From positions 64,232,001 to 64,296,000 of the forward strand of contig CM060732.1 of assembly GCA_030704615.1 (NCBI GenBank): a stretch of 64,000 bases of DNA. The letters are read 5' to 3'. Source of the DNA: Takakia lepidozioides. Its lineage: Eukaryota; Plantae; Bryophyta. The notes beneath the pieces are model-generated. The model was not told the origin of the DNA, did not search any database, and saw only the letters and a program-made list of their open reading frames with translations. The stretch's first letter is position 1; the number at the start of each line of letters is the position of its first letter. Made by a program: the position numbers and the translations under genes. Shown piece by piece: positions 38,225-51,861 of this stretch.

Positions 38225-41079
38225 ATGGAACCACCTCTTTCTGTCCAGCCTGATGCAATTCCAAATGGGAGGATGACGGGGGAGACGAAACCCACCTTGG
38301 AGGTAGCCCAAGATGTGTACTGCTTCGCTAGTTACACTAATGGGATCCAGCTTCAAAGTGATGCAGTTGGTCATGTCTGTAATCAGGTACGTAGAGTTGT
38401 TCAGGCAGTTCAGAGATTTTCAGCTTCTTCGTCTATAGTGGGAACCTTGTTTTCTCAGATTGTATATTGCTTCTGACAAGACAAAGAAGGTGGGCAACAG
38501 ACCCATTCTCTCTCTGTCTTCTTTGTATCCTTTAGTCTTGTGTGTTCATGCTCAATTTCTCTTTCCTTGGTCATCCTGGGTGGGATTTGGGCCTACCTTT
38601 TATCGAGATAGTGTATGTGGCAACGATGGTAAGTTTGTTATGCAACCTTTCATGTGCAGGGTACGGCGACTGGACAAAGTAAAGTGGAACAACCCAGCAT
38701 TCTTTCATCTCTCAAGAACAAAATATTTGGTATTACACCCTCAGGTGTGTGAGAATGTCTAGGTGTATGTGAGAGAGAAGAAAGAAGAAAGATATTTCTA
38801 TCTCCGCGGGAGGGCAAAGACCTATCGGACACAGAACGGAACCCAGAACTACTTTGGCATGGTGACAAACGGGGAAATGAAATGACATGGTACTTTGTAA
38901 CGAATTGAAATGAAATGAAACGGAGAGAGTCCCGGTCTGTAACAAAGATACAGTGCTAATCTTGCTTGTATGCAGAGACAGGGATGAATGGGACTGCCCA
39001 AACTCAAAATGGACATAGCACAGCCTCACCTCCTCGGCAGCTAGCCGATGCGAACTGCGCTAGTGAGGGCCTCCAGACAGACTTCCTTTTTAACCCCTCT
39101 TTTTATACAGGTCTGCTCGCGAGTACTTCACATACAAGTGTCAGTCAAAGACTACTATCTGTCAATGCTTTGCCTTTACAGAGATGCTCATGTAACCTTG
39201 GTCATGGTACCGAACTCCATAGCTCTTGCTTGAAGTCGATAATCCCAGTTTGTAGACTGAGCTTCAGTCTAGGTACTCCACATGATTTTAAAGAGATGAC
39301 GATTGAGTCATATGATGTCAAACTACAGTCTAATACCGCCTAATACCGAATAGAAGTAACTCCAGAATGTACTGCATGGACCTGTTCTTCGATATCCAGA
39401 TAATGATCCAGGAGGCGAAGACCAAGTAGAATTTCCAATACAAGCAGCAAACGGAGGGAGGGATCGGGATACTTCTTCCCCTGGGCCAGTGCCTGTTTCA
39501 CGAAGACAAATTCCTTCTGCAACTCTCATGGGTCCGGCCCACCCGGCTAACGAAGAGGTAGCAGCAGACGCCTCAACACCACCTTCCCTCTCACAACACC
39601 AACAGATCCCTCCAACAAACGCAAGGGACTATTACCAAACTGTCAATACAGGTTCACACATTTCGAATGCTGATTCAAGCTCCTCTTTGGTAGCTCCTGT
39701 TTTACGCCAAGAAGGTCCAGTCATGACCACGAGCCTGAGCATGGCTCTGGCAATGGATCGAGAGCAGGAGGATAAAATGCCAGCTTCTGTCTCCCCGCCA
39801 CAAATGCCGGTGGCAACTGCAGGAGCAGCCCATCACGAACGGCAAGAGACACCGCCTGTTACCGGTGAACGGATGCAAGAGGGGGCGCTACTGGCATGTC
39901 GACAAGAACGATCCAAACCCACGCTGCTCAAATCTGGAACTCCCTTCATTGTAGCAGGCGTTCCTGCCCATATGGAACATGCGCTCGCAAAAGTGAAGAA
40001 AGAGAAGACGATGTCTCGCGCGAGAGCCTGGGAAGAAAGCGCAAAGGCCAAAGCCCAGAACCGGTACTGTGTAAATCATCATATACCCAACTCTCAAAAA
40101 TATCAACGCATAGACCTTTCAATATGCGCAGGATGCTATGATGTTCATTCCTGCTGTAATTCGAATTGATGTAAAGACAGTCGCCACGGAAGCACTCGTA
40201 CTGCTACCGTAAACTCGTGGTTTGCATCGTAGATATCCGACCGCGAGTTTAAGGTACAAGTAAGGTTGTGCAAGCTGTTTGACATTGATCTCGTGGGTTG
40301 AGCACTTCAATTACGATTATATGCGTTACTGAACCAAACACGTACCAGTCCATTGCAAGTTCAGAGCACCTGCAGTACGTCGTCAACTGGTGAGCACTAA
40401 TTTTGTCACATTTCTTAGTACCATTCAAAGGCATGCTGCAGGTTTACCCGGGATGAATCCAAGATATCAGCGTGGGAGAGTACCATGAAGGCCAAGGCTG
40501 ACGCTCGCATGCGAAAAGCTGAGGCAAGTTACTGAAGTCGAAATTTTATAAGGAAAGGAAAGGAAAGGAAGTTGAATTTCCAGTGATTCGTAAGATCAGT
40601 CTATTGCATGTGGGCCAGAAATGAATTGGGAACTTTATAACGTCCGCAGAAAGCTGAAAGAGCTTAAAACGAAAGAGAGAGAAGGAAATTTAGTTTCTTA
40701 CGGGCGCCAGAGGTTCAAAGAGTCCGCGAGATATGTATCGATAGTATCCGCTTGTAGTAGCCTTTTGGCCGCCATACATTGTGTTTTTGAGTTTGGCCTA
40801 GTAAGCATTCAGTTTCACTAGTTTGTCCATTTTAATGCATATTATCTTTAGGATCGGTTCTGATGATTCTGAAGTTAGCAGGAGAGTTTGGAGAGACTGA
40901 AAGCCAAGCACCTGGAGATAATGAAAAATGAAGTGGCCGCTGCGCACAGAAGCGCAGAGGAAAGCAGGGCAATGGTCGAAGCCCGACGGGCTGAGGAGTT
41001 TGTGAAGGTGGAGGAGACTGCTTCCAAGTTCCGAGCAACTGGAAAAATGCCTCGCAAGTTTCTATGCATGCATGCGTAA
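38225..41079 (+). CDS. REM: Remorin family protein; exons 38225-38386, 38660-38744, 38976-39110, 39400-40063, 40442-40523, 40882-41079
   Basis: Remorin_C pattern RARAWEESAKAKAQNRFTRDESKISAWESTMKAKA..LERLKAKHLEIMKNEVAAAHRSAEESRA..FRATGKMP. The 5' exons are inferred from phase-consistent splice sites and are less certain. Confidence 0.9.
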
Positions 41080-41905
41080 TGAGCCAAGTTTGAGATTGTC
41101 CTCATCTTTGTGCACATCGCTTTGTTTTCTGCGTTGTACTGGATTGAAATACATACATGTGCAAGGTGTTAGATTCATGAACACCTGGGTTCGATACGTC
41201 TGAAGTCCGTTTACACAGTAGAGCTCTCTCCTGTTACCTCCGCTGTGCACAATATATAAATTGAAAACTTTGCAAAGAACTCCTGATGACAGCTGATCGT
41301 AGCACTTGAAATTATCACAAATCTGAGCTCAGACAGAAATCTGAGTGTACTCATCTACAGAGGAGCTTTCGAAGGACTCTCCTTGCAGAACGTCTGCGAG
41401 GCTTTGTAAAACACAGGTGAAAGATTTTAGGAGCATTCCTTGTAAAGTTAGATAATAGACTGACCCACCACCAGTCTAGAGATCTGTGTTGTGGTCATCG
41501 TTCCAACATGATCTAGATAGCAGTTTTAAATCAAGATAGTTCGATCTGTGCACAACAGAACCCTTCGGAAGTCAGCAAGTGTGGAAAAATCGTTTTGTTT
41601 GTATTATGGAATGGACCATGAAACATTTGGTCACTGCAACTCGTATGTACAGATTCTCTATGACCCTTGGAAAACTTGGGGCTAATTATAAGACTTCTTG
41701 ACCTATCAATCAGATCCAGCGATGGATCGTGTTTCTGTAAAGGAGAAGCGGGAGCAATCTCATGCAAACATGAGTGACATCGTAGCCCCTGCAAAGAATG
41801 AAATATATTGCTCTCTGTATATGTATGTTCCTAACCTCTAGCTCTACTGTAACGATTTCAGAGAAGAGGAGGGTAAGTGTAGAGAACTCAAATGTGACAC
41901 GAATG

Positions 41906-44900
41906 CTATAACTGGTGTTGTCGTTCTCCTCCGGTAGCATGTATCATGGTCCCATTTGTGGCTGGAGGCTTTATGCAGGTTGTGGCCGTTGCACTAGAGC
42001 CGCCGTTTGTGGCCTGCTCATTGGACATGGACAGCAATGCAGAGTTCAATAGATTGGAAAAGGAGGAATCAGCTGGAGCTTCTCTCTGGGGAGACCCCAT
42101 TGAACGTTGGACTCCCATAGATTCTGAGGATGCTCCATGCAGAGACTGACCATGACTTGTTAAGTTGGAGTTGAATCCCGAAGATGTATTACCCTGCCCA
42201 TTGCCAGGCGCCATCTGGTTCTGATTCTGCGAGTTTTGAGAGATTATGGAAGTTATGGCGGCCGCCAAAGCAGCTGTGAAGTTTGGATCAGCAGTGATCG
42301 CAGCAGTTGCCGCACTTACTGTATCGGCAAGTGACTGTGGGGCACGGTTGGTAGCAAGCTGGGAGGCAAGGCTCTCAACCAATTGCTGGTTGGGGTACCC
42401 AAAAGTCCTTGCAGCCATTTCTTGTGCTTGCTGCTGCATGGACTGCTCATAGAGGTTGCCTGCTGGGGAAAACGCGCTACTTGATGTTGTCAGTGGAGCA
42501 CAGCTCGTTGCTGCTGGGTTGTATGGAGTCCCATTCGACAAGAATAGAGGGGTGCGTGTGGCAGAAGTGGCGAGCACCGATTGTTGGCCAGGAGCCAACA
42601 TGCCAGGATGGCCACCGGCCGAAACCATATTTCCTCCATAGGAATGTGCAGCTTGGGCCGACCCTCCCATTGGAAAGGGCGTTAAGTACTGAAAGTTTGC
42701 TGGTAAAGCACCAGACCCTCCTAAGCGAAGACTCAGCTGCGTCGTGGGATTGTTGGTGAGGTCCAGAGTGATGGTGGGAAACGGCGCCGATGCAGAGATG
42801 GTGGGAACAGCTGTTGGGCAAGGGCCCTGAGGCCCTGCCAAATAAGCTGGCGCACCAGCCATGCGAACCATATCACTACTTGTCGATCCAGAGAGAAGCA
42901 TGCAGGCTGCAGCAGAGGTGGTGGAGGCCATCGCCGCTGCAGCTGGAGGTAGGGCATGGTTGTGGGTACCCTCGTAAGTTGTGATCAGTATAGACATATC
43001 ATCGGCACATCTCTGTACCTGCAGGATTTGACGGAGGGCAGATTCCATTCAGAACAATTGTACAAATCAATATGTATCTAAATAGAACTGGGCGAGCAAG
43101 TCTTGTGTATATGTCAAGATCTGACAGTGTAGATAAGTACAGAAGCAAAGCTTATGACCAATTTCCTATTTCAAAACTCAAAACCACCTGACCAAGATCT
43201 ATGCAAATTGTAGGTGCATATGCAGTCAGGGTGCTCGAACTTTCAAGTTTCTTATTAAACTATTCTGAATTCATCGAGGAAGAGGGTGTTTAAACAAGTC
43301 AGCACCTGCTTCCTGACGGGGCAGCCAGGTGCAACTGTGCAACGATAATAAGCGCGCGGGCATGGGTTTCCTTTCGCCATTTTCTGCCCATATTTTCTCC
43401 ATTGGCACCCATCGTTCATCTGGAAAATTTTCATTTGAAACACGACTGATCAGCAGTTGAAACTCATGTGCACACGCATGGTCTCCAGTCTATGCTCTCT
43501 TTCTTTCTCATACTCGACCAGAATTGATACTCTGCTGACTATTTATCTTGGAGAACATGCTCTGAACTTCACAACTTAATCATCAAGACGTAAAAGCACT
43601 GTTGAACATACGACAATCTAGATACATTTTGAATCAGATCTTGAGGATGCAACTCGTCTCCAAGTTATATAAGATGTGCTATGCTTGCAAACAAACTGAG
43701 AATCAATAAAGATGCAAAACATAATCTCAGATCACTGATTCTACAAGCTTACCGTTGGAGCGTCAGATCGGGCCCTGACAGACACCCGGGCCTTCCGGAC
43801 TCCAGGATCCGCTTCCACCTGAGGAGCCGTCGGAGGATTTCCATGCGCAGTCTTAACCATCTTGTTAGGTGGCCATCCAGTTTGTTCTACGACGATATCC
43901 CTTGCATTCGGATCTTCGGGCCGAGGAGGAGAATTACGATGAATTGGGGGTCGACCATGAACATGTGATGGTGATGGTGTTCTCTCCGGGGTGGCCCTTA
44001 GACTTCCTGGCGTGGAAGATGATCGAATTGGTTGAATATTGGACCCTTCGTCTTCATTGTGGGCCGCGTTACGTTGTCCGTGAGTGCCTTGCTGGTCCGT
44101 ATCCCCACTTTGTTTCACTGTGGAGTTTGTTGTGGCTTCGAATGATCTTTGGGGACTGGCGCGGATGTTCTCTTGTGCAGAAACAGCCTGGGATGCTTCA
44201 TGGCTTTGGGTGGGGACTAGCATGCCCTGTTCAAGTCAGTGTGCACACGATCTAATCAGAAACATGGACATACTATACAACATAAATCCAATTCGATAAT
44301 CAAAAGATTAGATAAGATAAGATAGTTATCTCTTCCTTTGGCACAAAAAGATAAGAGACTGCATCTTCGAAACCGAATATAAGAATCTCCAGGGACTGAT
44401 TGTTGATCTAAAAACTGAGAATTGATATATGACAAGATCGGGCATCTACCTGAGAGTGTTCCTGGGCCGGCTGGAACTGCATGTCACTTTGGTGATGCAT
44501 AGCCGAGACCATTTTCATTTGCAAATTGTGGTAGTCGGTCCTGACGTGGGTTAACAGCATCCGCATGCGCTCATTGTCTTCACTCAACCGCACTATTTCT
44601 GTTCGTGCCATCATTAGCTGCATTGGCGATTATACAAGTGCATTAAGTCATTGAACTCTCTGGAGGTATGCAGGTGGCTGGTAAATGAGAGAGGCTAGTT
44701 AGTTGAGAAATTTTCATGTCAGATCATATGAAAGTCAGCGCAAGCTCACATATAGATACAATCAGTATATAAGGAACTCGTGTGATTCATGGCGAGCAGA
44801 GCGCAAGTGGTACCTGATTGCGCAGCTGCAGAGTGACAGAGGTTGAACGCGTGGGCGATGACGGCGGGGACCCATCTTCCACTGTGGAACGCTCACTGGC

Positions 44901-45117
44901 GCTGTTGTTTCCGTGCACCAAACTGTGGCGGTCCTGCAGGAAAAATAGTACAGGTCTCTAGATGAGTTATTACTCATGAGCACTGCACGATAGCAAATGA
45001 TCTCTCACTGTATATATAAGTCTTCGTTAACGTCTTATATTGACATTTAAACAAATGTAACTTCATTGTCTGGATAGGCCGGCTTGAAAAAGTGATCTTC
45101 GTCCCATACCAAATCCT

Positions 45118-45155
<38 letters not shown>

Positions 45156-45735
45156 ACTTTCCAATCTCCCAAGAAGGTGGTCACGAATACATTCAAATGA
45201 ATACACGAATACATCAGGGCGAGCTCATTAGACTAAGCATGTTCCTTACCAGTTGCCATTTGTCGTGGAAAGCGCTCCCACAGCCCGAAACTTCACACGT
45301 AAAAGCATTTCCCTCTCCATAGACGGAACTTCCCATTTTTGCGTACTTTCTCTTAACATCTCTCATCTCTATATCCTCGGTTGTCGCAGGATCCACATGT
45401 GTAACCCACAGGCTAGATGGTCGGCCCGGAAATCCGCCCATAGTAGTACCAGCAGAATTTCCCTGAAACACGGGGTGTGGGCTGCTAGCTTCCTCGTCCT
45501 TGAACTTCCTGGAGTCGTGTAAACTCCCCATGGTAAGATACTCCGACGCACCTGTCTCCATCTCTTCCTCCAACTCATCAACACTTTCCTCCTCAAGCTT
45601 GAGAGAGAGGTCAATCTTTGAGACCCTGTCCACGCGTCCGCTACTACTGCTCTTCGATGCAGCACCCGCCTGGGTCAACATCTCTAGCCTGATCGCACCT
45701 TCTCCGTGACCCATTTCTGCAGTTGAATGTCCCAT
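41906..45735 (-). CDS. WRKY: WRKY transcription factor, group IIb; exons 45735-45250, 44933-44814, 44617-44450, 44226-43753, 43419-43306, 43018-41906
   Basis: [53 protein letters not shown]|[21 protein letters not shown]. Also an N-terminal coiled coil, [14 protein letters not shown] and [16 protein letters not shown], all typical of group IIb. Confidence 0.96.
45121..45150. repeat. (CT)n microsatellite in WRKY intron 1
   Basis: Direct reading. Confidence 0.95.
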
Positions 45736-45780
45736 AGAGAGCCCCAGAAGCGCTGGCCAACTCTAGAAATATGCAGCTTT

Positions 45781-45783
<3 letters not shown>

Positions 45784-45817
<34 letters not shown>
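45784..45817. repeat. (GA)n microsatellite just upstream of the WRKY start codon
   Basis: Direct reading. Confidence 0.95.
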
Positions 45818-45819
<2 letters not shown>

Positions 45820-46119
45820 CCTCAGTCTGTAACTCGATATGCTTTCACAGAGTCGCTGAGAGTGTGACCTATTCAAGATTCTAGCTTTGAACACTTGACA
45901 CAACAAGATCTCCCTGCTGCAAAGCCCAATCTTCTTTTGGCTGTTCAGCCTCGTTAGAGACAGAGAGACAGACACACAGACACACAGATCAGATCTACAG
46001 AAAGCTTTTTGTTTCTTGGTTGATTCAGAAGGTGAGCCTATAAGTCTTATGGCATCTCCAAGTCCAGCAACGACGGATTCAACAAGTGTCGAGCTCCGAC
46101 AAGTGAGAGAGTCGAGAGA

Positions 46120-47650
46120 GAGAGAGTCAAAGGATGCTGCGCATGGGAAGACTATAAACTGTCGCTGTTGAAGATCGCGACCAACCCTTTCCGTCACCGG
46201 CTGACGGCCTTCGCCCGCCTTTTCGTTACCTTCTGGAAGCCCGGGCCCACCCCACGTTTCTGTATTCTAATTTTATTTTAATTTCAAATATTTTTAAGTC
46301 AAAGGAAAAATCCAAGTCTCAAGCGGCGTCTCAAGCCACCCTTTTAATCAACCACTAAACCACCCAAGAACACTAACCCAAGTTACCCCACCACTAACCC
46401 CGCACGTGCAAGATACTAAACCTGACAGTTGACCACTGACACCTTCGTTCGGGTTGACCAGGCTGCCTACGTGGCTTCCCGGAAAGTAACCAGGGTGGAG
46501 TATGTCAACCGGGGTTGAGTACGGTGACCTGCCAGACAAGGTTCCCCCGAGTTCCCAAGAGAATGGGAACGTGCAGAGGAGGCGTGGCAAGACGGACACG
46601 TTTTAAAGGAAGTCAGGGGGCGGGTCGTGGCCTGTGCGCTGTCGGGGCATCGTGACCGTCAACGGGCCGCCGGCCTCCCTCCGCCATCCACCCTTGATTC
46701 CCGCCACGGCTCAAGTTTCCGAGCCTACTGGTCGTGGATGTCTGTACATCGGACGGTTAGAAATCCTGGTCGAGATCTGGTGACTGCGGTCAAACTCGCG
46801 TGCGACAAACGCTCCGCAGGTTCGCTCTGGTAACTCTCTGGATGAACTCCGTGTGCGTCATCCATGCATTCTTATGGATGAACACTTGTCGCGGTGCCGC
46901 ATATCCCACCACGTGGCAGGGACAAGGGATAGGAACGTTGAATCGTGACACGTGCGAAAATGCTGTGCGGCTGTGGCGGCGCCCCTGACCATGCCAGCTG
47001 TCCCTTGACTGTGGACCATGGTCAATGAAGCTGAGGATGGATAGTTTGTGGATGAATGTGGGTCGCATCCACGTCGGTAGACGGATCATGTACGCTGGCG
47101 CATGGTTAACGCAGGACATGGGACAAACGCCAAGGACATGGGATATCACACGCAAGGGAGGACTGCTATTATTGTTTTTATTTTTTATTTTTGTAAAAGG
47201 CATTGAAGACCCATTAGCTATATTACTAGTATTTTTGTGGGCCCTTTGAAGTTGGTTGACCTTCTGAAAAAGACAAATATTATTTTCCTCTTCAGCAGGG
47301 AAATTATTGAAGTGTAGTTTGGATTTTATTTTTGTCAAAATAGGAGCTCACAAATTACAATTCACACTTGAAGTGAGGGTGTCCCTCTTGTCAAAAAAAA
47401 AAAAAAAAAGGGAGGGGAAAAAGTTAATCCCTTTGCCATGAGAGCATAAACTACAAGCTATGGCACATGGATTCTATTGGGGGGAAGGTGCAAGTGAAAT
47501 TGCTTAACCAAGGCTAAATTCAGAAATGGAAAAAGAATTTCCTCCAATCTAATAAAATTGCTTTAAAACCAAAAAAAAGAAAAAAAAGAAAAAAAGTTAC
47601 AAAATCAGTTGTAGTCTAATATTGTGGTTGCTTATGGGTCAAGTTTGCCA
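46120..47650 (-). promoter_or_regulatory. WRKY upstream region with W-box cluster and G-boxes
   Basis: TTGACY/RGTCAA at about 46125, 46297, 46429, 46454, 46788, 47005, 47020, 47256 and 47637. CACGTG at about 46403, 46910 and 46949. Confidence 0.6.
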
Positions 47651-47983
47651 AATTTCAAGTTTGAAAAGGAAGCTCAAAGTGGTTTGGCATCTTTGCGGAT
47701 CCTACATTGGTCAGTTGCTCCGGGGTTCATTCCGACCTCTGTGGTTTGTATGCTCATGGCTTCCGTCGAGAGGCGTCATACTCTTTTGTGGCTCATTGCT
47801 AAGAAAGGCGGTTACGCAATCGTTCTTCGTATGGGCCTGTAGCTGTCACTCTGGTTACCTTCAACAACAAGAAAAGAAAAAGGAAAATTAGGCCTAGGTC
47901 AGTCACTGAATTGTATTTATGTTAACGGGAAACACCCCGGAACAACTGCTCGCAAATCAGGCCCCTGAATTATAGTGAGAGGA

Positions 47984-48061
47984 CAGGAAAGGCAGTAGTC
48001 CTTCAGGGTGAAGAGACACCATAATTTACGCTTCCTTCAGGAGGCGTCATATATATACATA
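47984..48061 (+). mobile_element. 5'-truncated SINE family 1 copy
   Basis: TSD tatagtgagagga (47971, 48062). 3' end gaagagacaccataatttacgcttcc..gaggcgtca followed by a (TA) tail. Confidence 0.8.
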
Positions 48062-48104
48062 TATAGTGAGAGGAGAAATAAACCTCTTTCAAAGTAACCT
48101 CGCC

Positions 48105-48380
48105 ATGAGGCGGCTCATGAGACACCGCCCAACAATGAACAGGCAGCCTAGCCGAGTGCTTTCGAGGAATTAAACCAAGGAAATTTACCTATGAAATTGA
48201 CCCGTTGTAGTTAAGGGGAAGCAACCGAGTCCCCAACCCACTTAGTAGCCGGTTGGTGCTTGGAATGTGCGGCCACCTGCTGGTTGAAACTCAAATTATT
48301 TCCAGGACGATGCCACTGGGGAGAAGCCGGATTTGAATCCAGACTCACCTGGGTGGCACTTACTGCTCTATCCAACAGTA
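48105..48380 (-). mobile_element. SINE family 2 copy
   Basis: Aligns with 53560..53883 (same strand) and 55265..55480 (opposite strand). Confidence 0.6.
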
Positions 48381-49431
48381 AGAATAAAAAATCCGCATAA
48401 AAAGGTGAAATTTAATCACGAGAAACAGAACATATATCTTCCATTTCAAACTTTCAGTCATTCAAGACAAAATTAACTAAAACAGAGCTACAACTTGGTG
48501 AATAGGGTTTATTTTAGAAGCAAAAAAAATACCCATTCAGATATGGACAGTCAACTGATGGACAAAATAATTCTTTAGAGTCGGACAGAATGTGAATGAG
48601 ATACAGTGACAGAACATTACATCTCAATCTGATTTGAAGTCCACAGAAAAATCCCTTCCCACCCAAAAATGATGTCCTTGTTCAAGCATGGGTTGTTAAT
48701 TTGGTAAACTCAATACCTAGTACCCTGCAATTGACCACAGAGAGGGGGCCATTGAAGGCTTCAAAAATTAACAACTTTTCTTCTTTTAGATGACTCCAAC
48801 ATGCCGCACCGTATACGCTCCCCTTGCTCAAATGCTTTAAACGGAGTCACGAGCGTCACACTGAGCCCTGAATTCGTCCAAAATTAGGAAAACATAGGAT
48901 ACGTGCTCTTCTGATATTATTTCCATTCAGAATAAGTGGATCTTAGGAGTATGTCCAGCCACGATCTGGTTTAATTTATGTTCTTGAAATGTTAGTTCGG
49001 CATTACATTGTGGGACGGTTCAATATAACACGGCGTCTTTGCAAACATATGTGACGTATTACTCTATTTACAACAAAGCGTAGCTGTCACGACCCAACTG
49101 TCACATTTCAGTGCAGCCGGCATTCGTGATGACGACGGATGACAGAGAACTGAAGGAGATGGACACATCTAGTTATTACTTACCGTTTCTCTTTTGGCTG
49201 GGAATGATGCCCCTTTCCTGAATTTTCGATATGAACAATAGATGGGCAGACGTAAGTTGACTTCACAATGAAGGAGCACAATTTCCACAATTTAACGCTG
49301 CCTTGTAACACATGACCATTTCAATTCAATCAACGGTTTCGTTGATCCTATAAGACAATTATTTTGTTGGCTCCTCCTTGCATGTGGAGACCATGCATCA
49401 GTGCCAAAACCCAATATTAGTTTAATTTACA

Positions 49432-49790
49432 CTAGTGGCTTGTGCCGTTGAGCACAGGCCAGACTAATAAAAGTTAAGTATGTACATATTTCAACCATAA
49501 AAGAGGTCTTCAACAATATATTAAACACCAATATTGCAGAAAAACCCAATTTTCTATTTTTCATAGATTTCCACTGACAAAAAATACTTGAAATTCAATA
49601 TCTCCCACACCACAGGTACAAAATTTATGAAACCATCTCAATGCACCGCTGCTCATCGAGTTTTTTCCAGTGGTACAAAGAACACAGGTATAAAAAATAA
49701 TTAAATAAAACAAACCCAAGCACAGGCCTTGCGTTTTGGGAGATCTCAAAGAACATTAAAACAAACAAAACAAACTACCTTGATTAATTA
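49432..49790 (-). mobile_element. Non-autonomous Helitron-like element
   Basis: Minus strand ends with hairpin ggcctgtgctcaacggcacaagcc followed by aCTAG|T. The body is homologous to 27260..27478. Confidence 0.7.
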
Positions 49791-50423
49791 TAAAACATTT
49801 GTTTTATTTTATTATTATTTCGAGTTGGCCAAAAAAAAAGTTGAAAGTTGGTAAGAGTGCGATGCCAATTGATATATAAATTATTATTTTCGATTACTTC
49901 GAGTGGACGAATCGGAAGAACTTAGTAGTTGAAAGTTGGTCAAAAATTGCAATGCGCCAGAATTAAAAAGCACAAGTGGGGTACCAATTTATACCAGTCT
50001 ACAAAGGGTAAAGGCTAAGGACAACAAAAAGATGGCTAAAAGCCTTCCCACATTCTTCGGTCGTCCAACCCCAACGACTCCATTTGACCAAAGGGGGATG
50101 TTTGTAGGAATGAAACAGAAGACAGAAGACAGAACTGGATAGAACCCCCTTTCATTTCACTGAAGACATGGAAGAATATGGGCCTCACATGTGGGAGGGT
50201 GAGGAAGACCAGTCAACGAAGGGTTGGAGGGGGTAGAGTGGGACAGGTTTCAGATCGTGATAAGATTCTGCGAACTAGAAATTATCGAACGGAATGAGGA
50301 TGGAGGCCTTGAAGCAACCATCCTAGTCCGGCTGGATTCAGCCTGTGAAAAGCATGCGGCTTATGAATTGAGTAGAATAATCAGGATGATCTCGCACCCA
50401 CGTAGATAGATTGTCACGAATTA

Positions 50424-51861
50424 AGGTAGTTATACCCAAATGTGAGCGTTTAAAGCAGATATGCCCATACAATTGGTGCAGTAAGGGGAAAAATTATATG
50501 ATTGGATTAGCAATTGAACAAACAGCTTGTGGTATGAATTGCATGAATTTTGGACGAAGTGGCTAATTGATATATATTATCAAAGTGGCAGGGCACAAAA
50601 ATGCTATGCCTGAGCTATAGAAAGGGATGCCCGATATCTTGCATTTTTTCAATATACTGGACTAGTTCAGCTTCTTCCTTGGCATTTAATGTCCCTCTGC
50701 CGCCTCTCTTCCTACCGGTAGTAACGCCATAAATGTGGTTTCTCAGACTTGTTGCAGGCACTTCAAACATCCTTGCTACGGATCTGATGTTGTCTCCACG
50801 GTCAACGGCAGCCACGGCACCTCGCAACTGTTCATCAGTCCAGTTTCCATTCTTGAAAGGCCTCCTCCCTCTCCTTGGGCCCCCACGCATAGCAGGTCCA
50901 TCAGATCGAAGAGTGTTAATGTCGGTAGGTCCTTCAGTATTTGTCTCTGGCAATGTTGTTGTCTGGTCTACCTGTACTGCAGATTCTGGTTGACATTGGC
51001 CTTGGTCCACCTGAAATTCAACTTGGCCTTGGCCTTGGCCCACCTGAAATTCAACTTGGGAATCCTCTCTTTGGCCCCACTGGAAAGTTTCAAGGCCATC
51101 ATCCTCACTTTGACCTCCATCATTTGCATGTTTATACCTTTCATTGTATCACTTTGACCTCCATCATTTGCATGTTTATACCTTTCATTGTATCCGTCAT
51201 CTGAGTCACTTGTGAGTGGTTGGCTACTGATCTGCGTTCCATCGCTATCATCGGCTATCTCGGTACCTGGCAACAATCGAAAAGCTTGGCTGGGCCTGAA
51301 ATTCAAGTCCATCGCTGTTGCACACTCCTCACTCATGACTATACATTTAGTAATAAACTAGATTAACTGAAGTGTAAACTAAGCCAATCTTCAAACTATG
51401 CTCCCTGCACATGAATTAGTAATAATGTACTGGATTAACTGAAGTGTAAATCAATGCTGAGCCAATCTCTAAACTATGCTCCCTGCACATGAATGAGAAC
51501 ATGTAGTTGCAAAGTTGTGTGCAATAGTCGTAATGAAGTTATACATGCAGGCAGAGTGAATGGAACCATGTGAATTTGAAATTGAGCAGCCGCCAAGGCA
51601 TTTTAAAAAACAAATCAGAGCATATCTGATCAATCCTAAACCCCATGCAGAGTTAATTAGAATAACAACGTGCGTACATTAGCACTCAGCTTTATTAATA
51701 CGCCTCCATTTGGCAAATACGCTGGTCACAGTATTCAATACGTTTTTGTTCACCTAACAAAGCACCATGGGGCCCACAATGCCCATGAAGGAACCTAAAT
51801 CAGCCCGTTGGCAGTAAGGTCGCAAGCAAAACCACTTTACACCCCAAAAATAGTTCTACCC
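50424..51861 (-). mobile_element. Inverted internal-deletion derivative of the pogo element (1438 bp)
   Basis: TA flanks at 50422 and 51862. Highly similar to 5580..6907 joined to 9190..9386, with the junction at ccct microhomology (~50622). Retains HTH_psq coding sequence, frameshifted by a ~41-bp duplication near 51110-51190. Confidence 0.93.
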
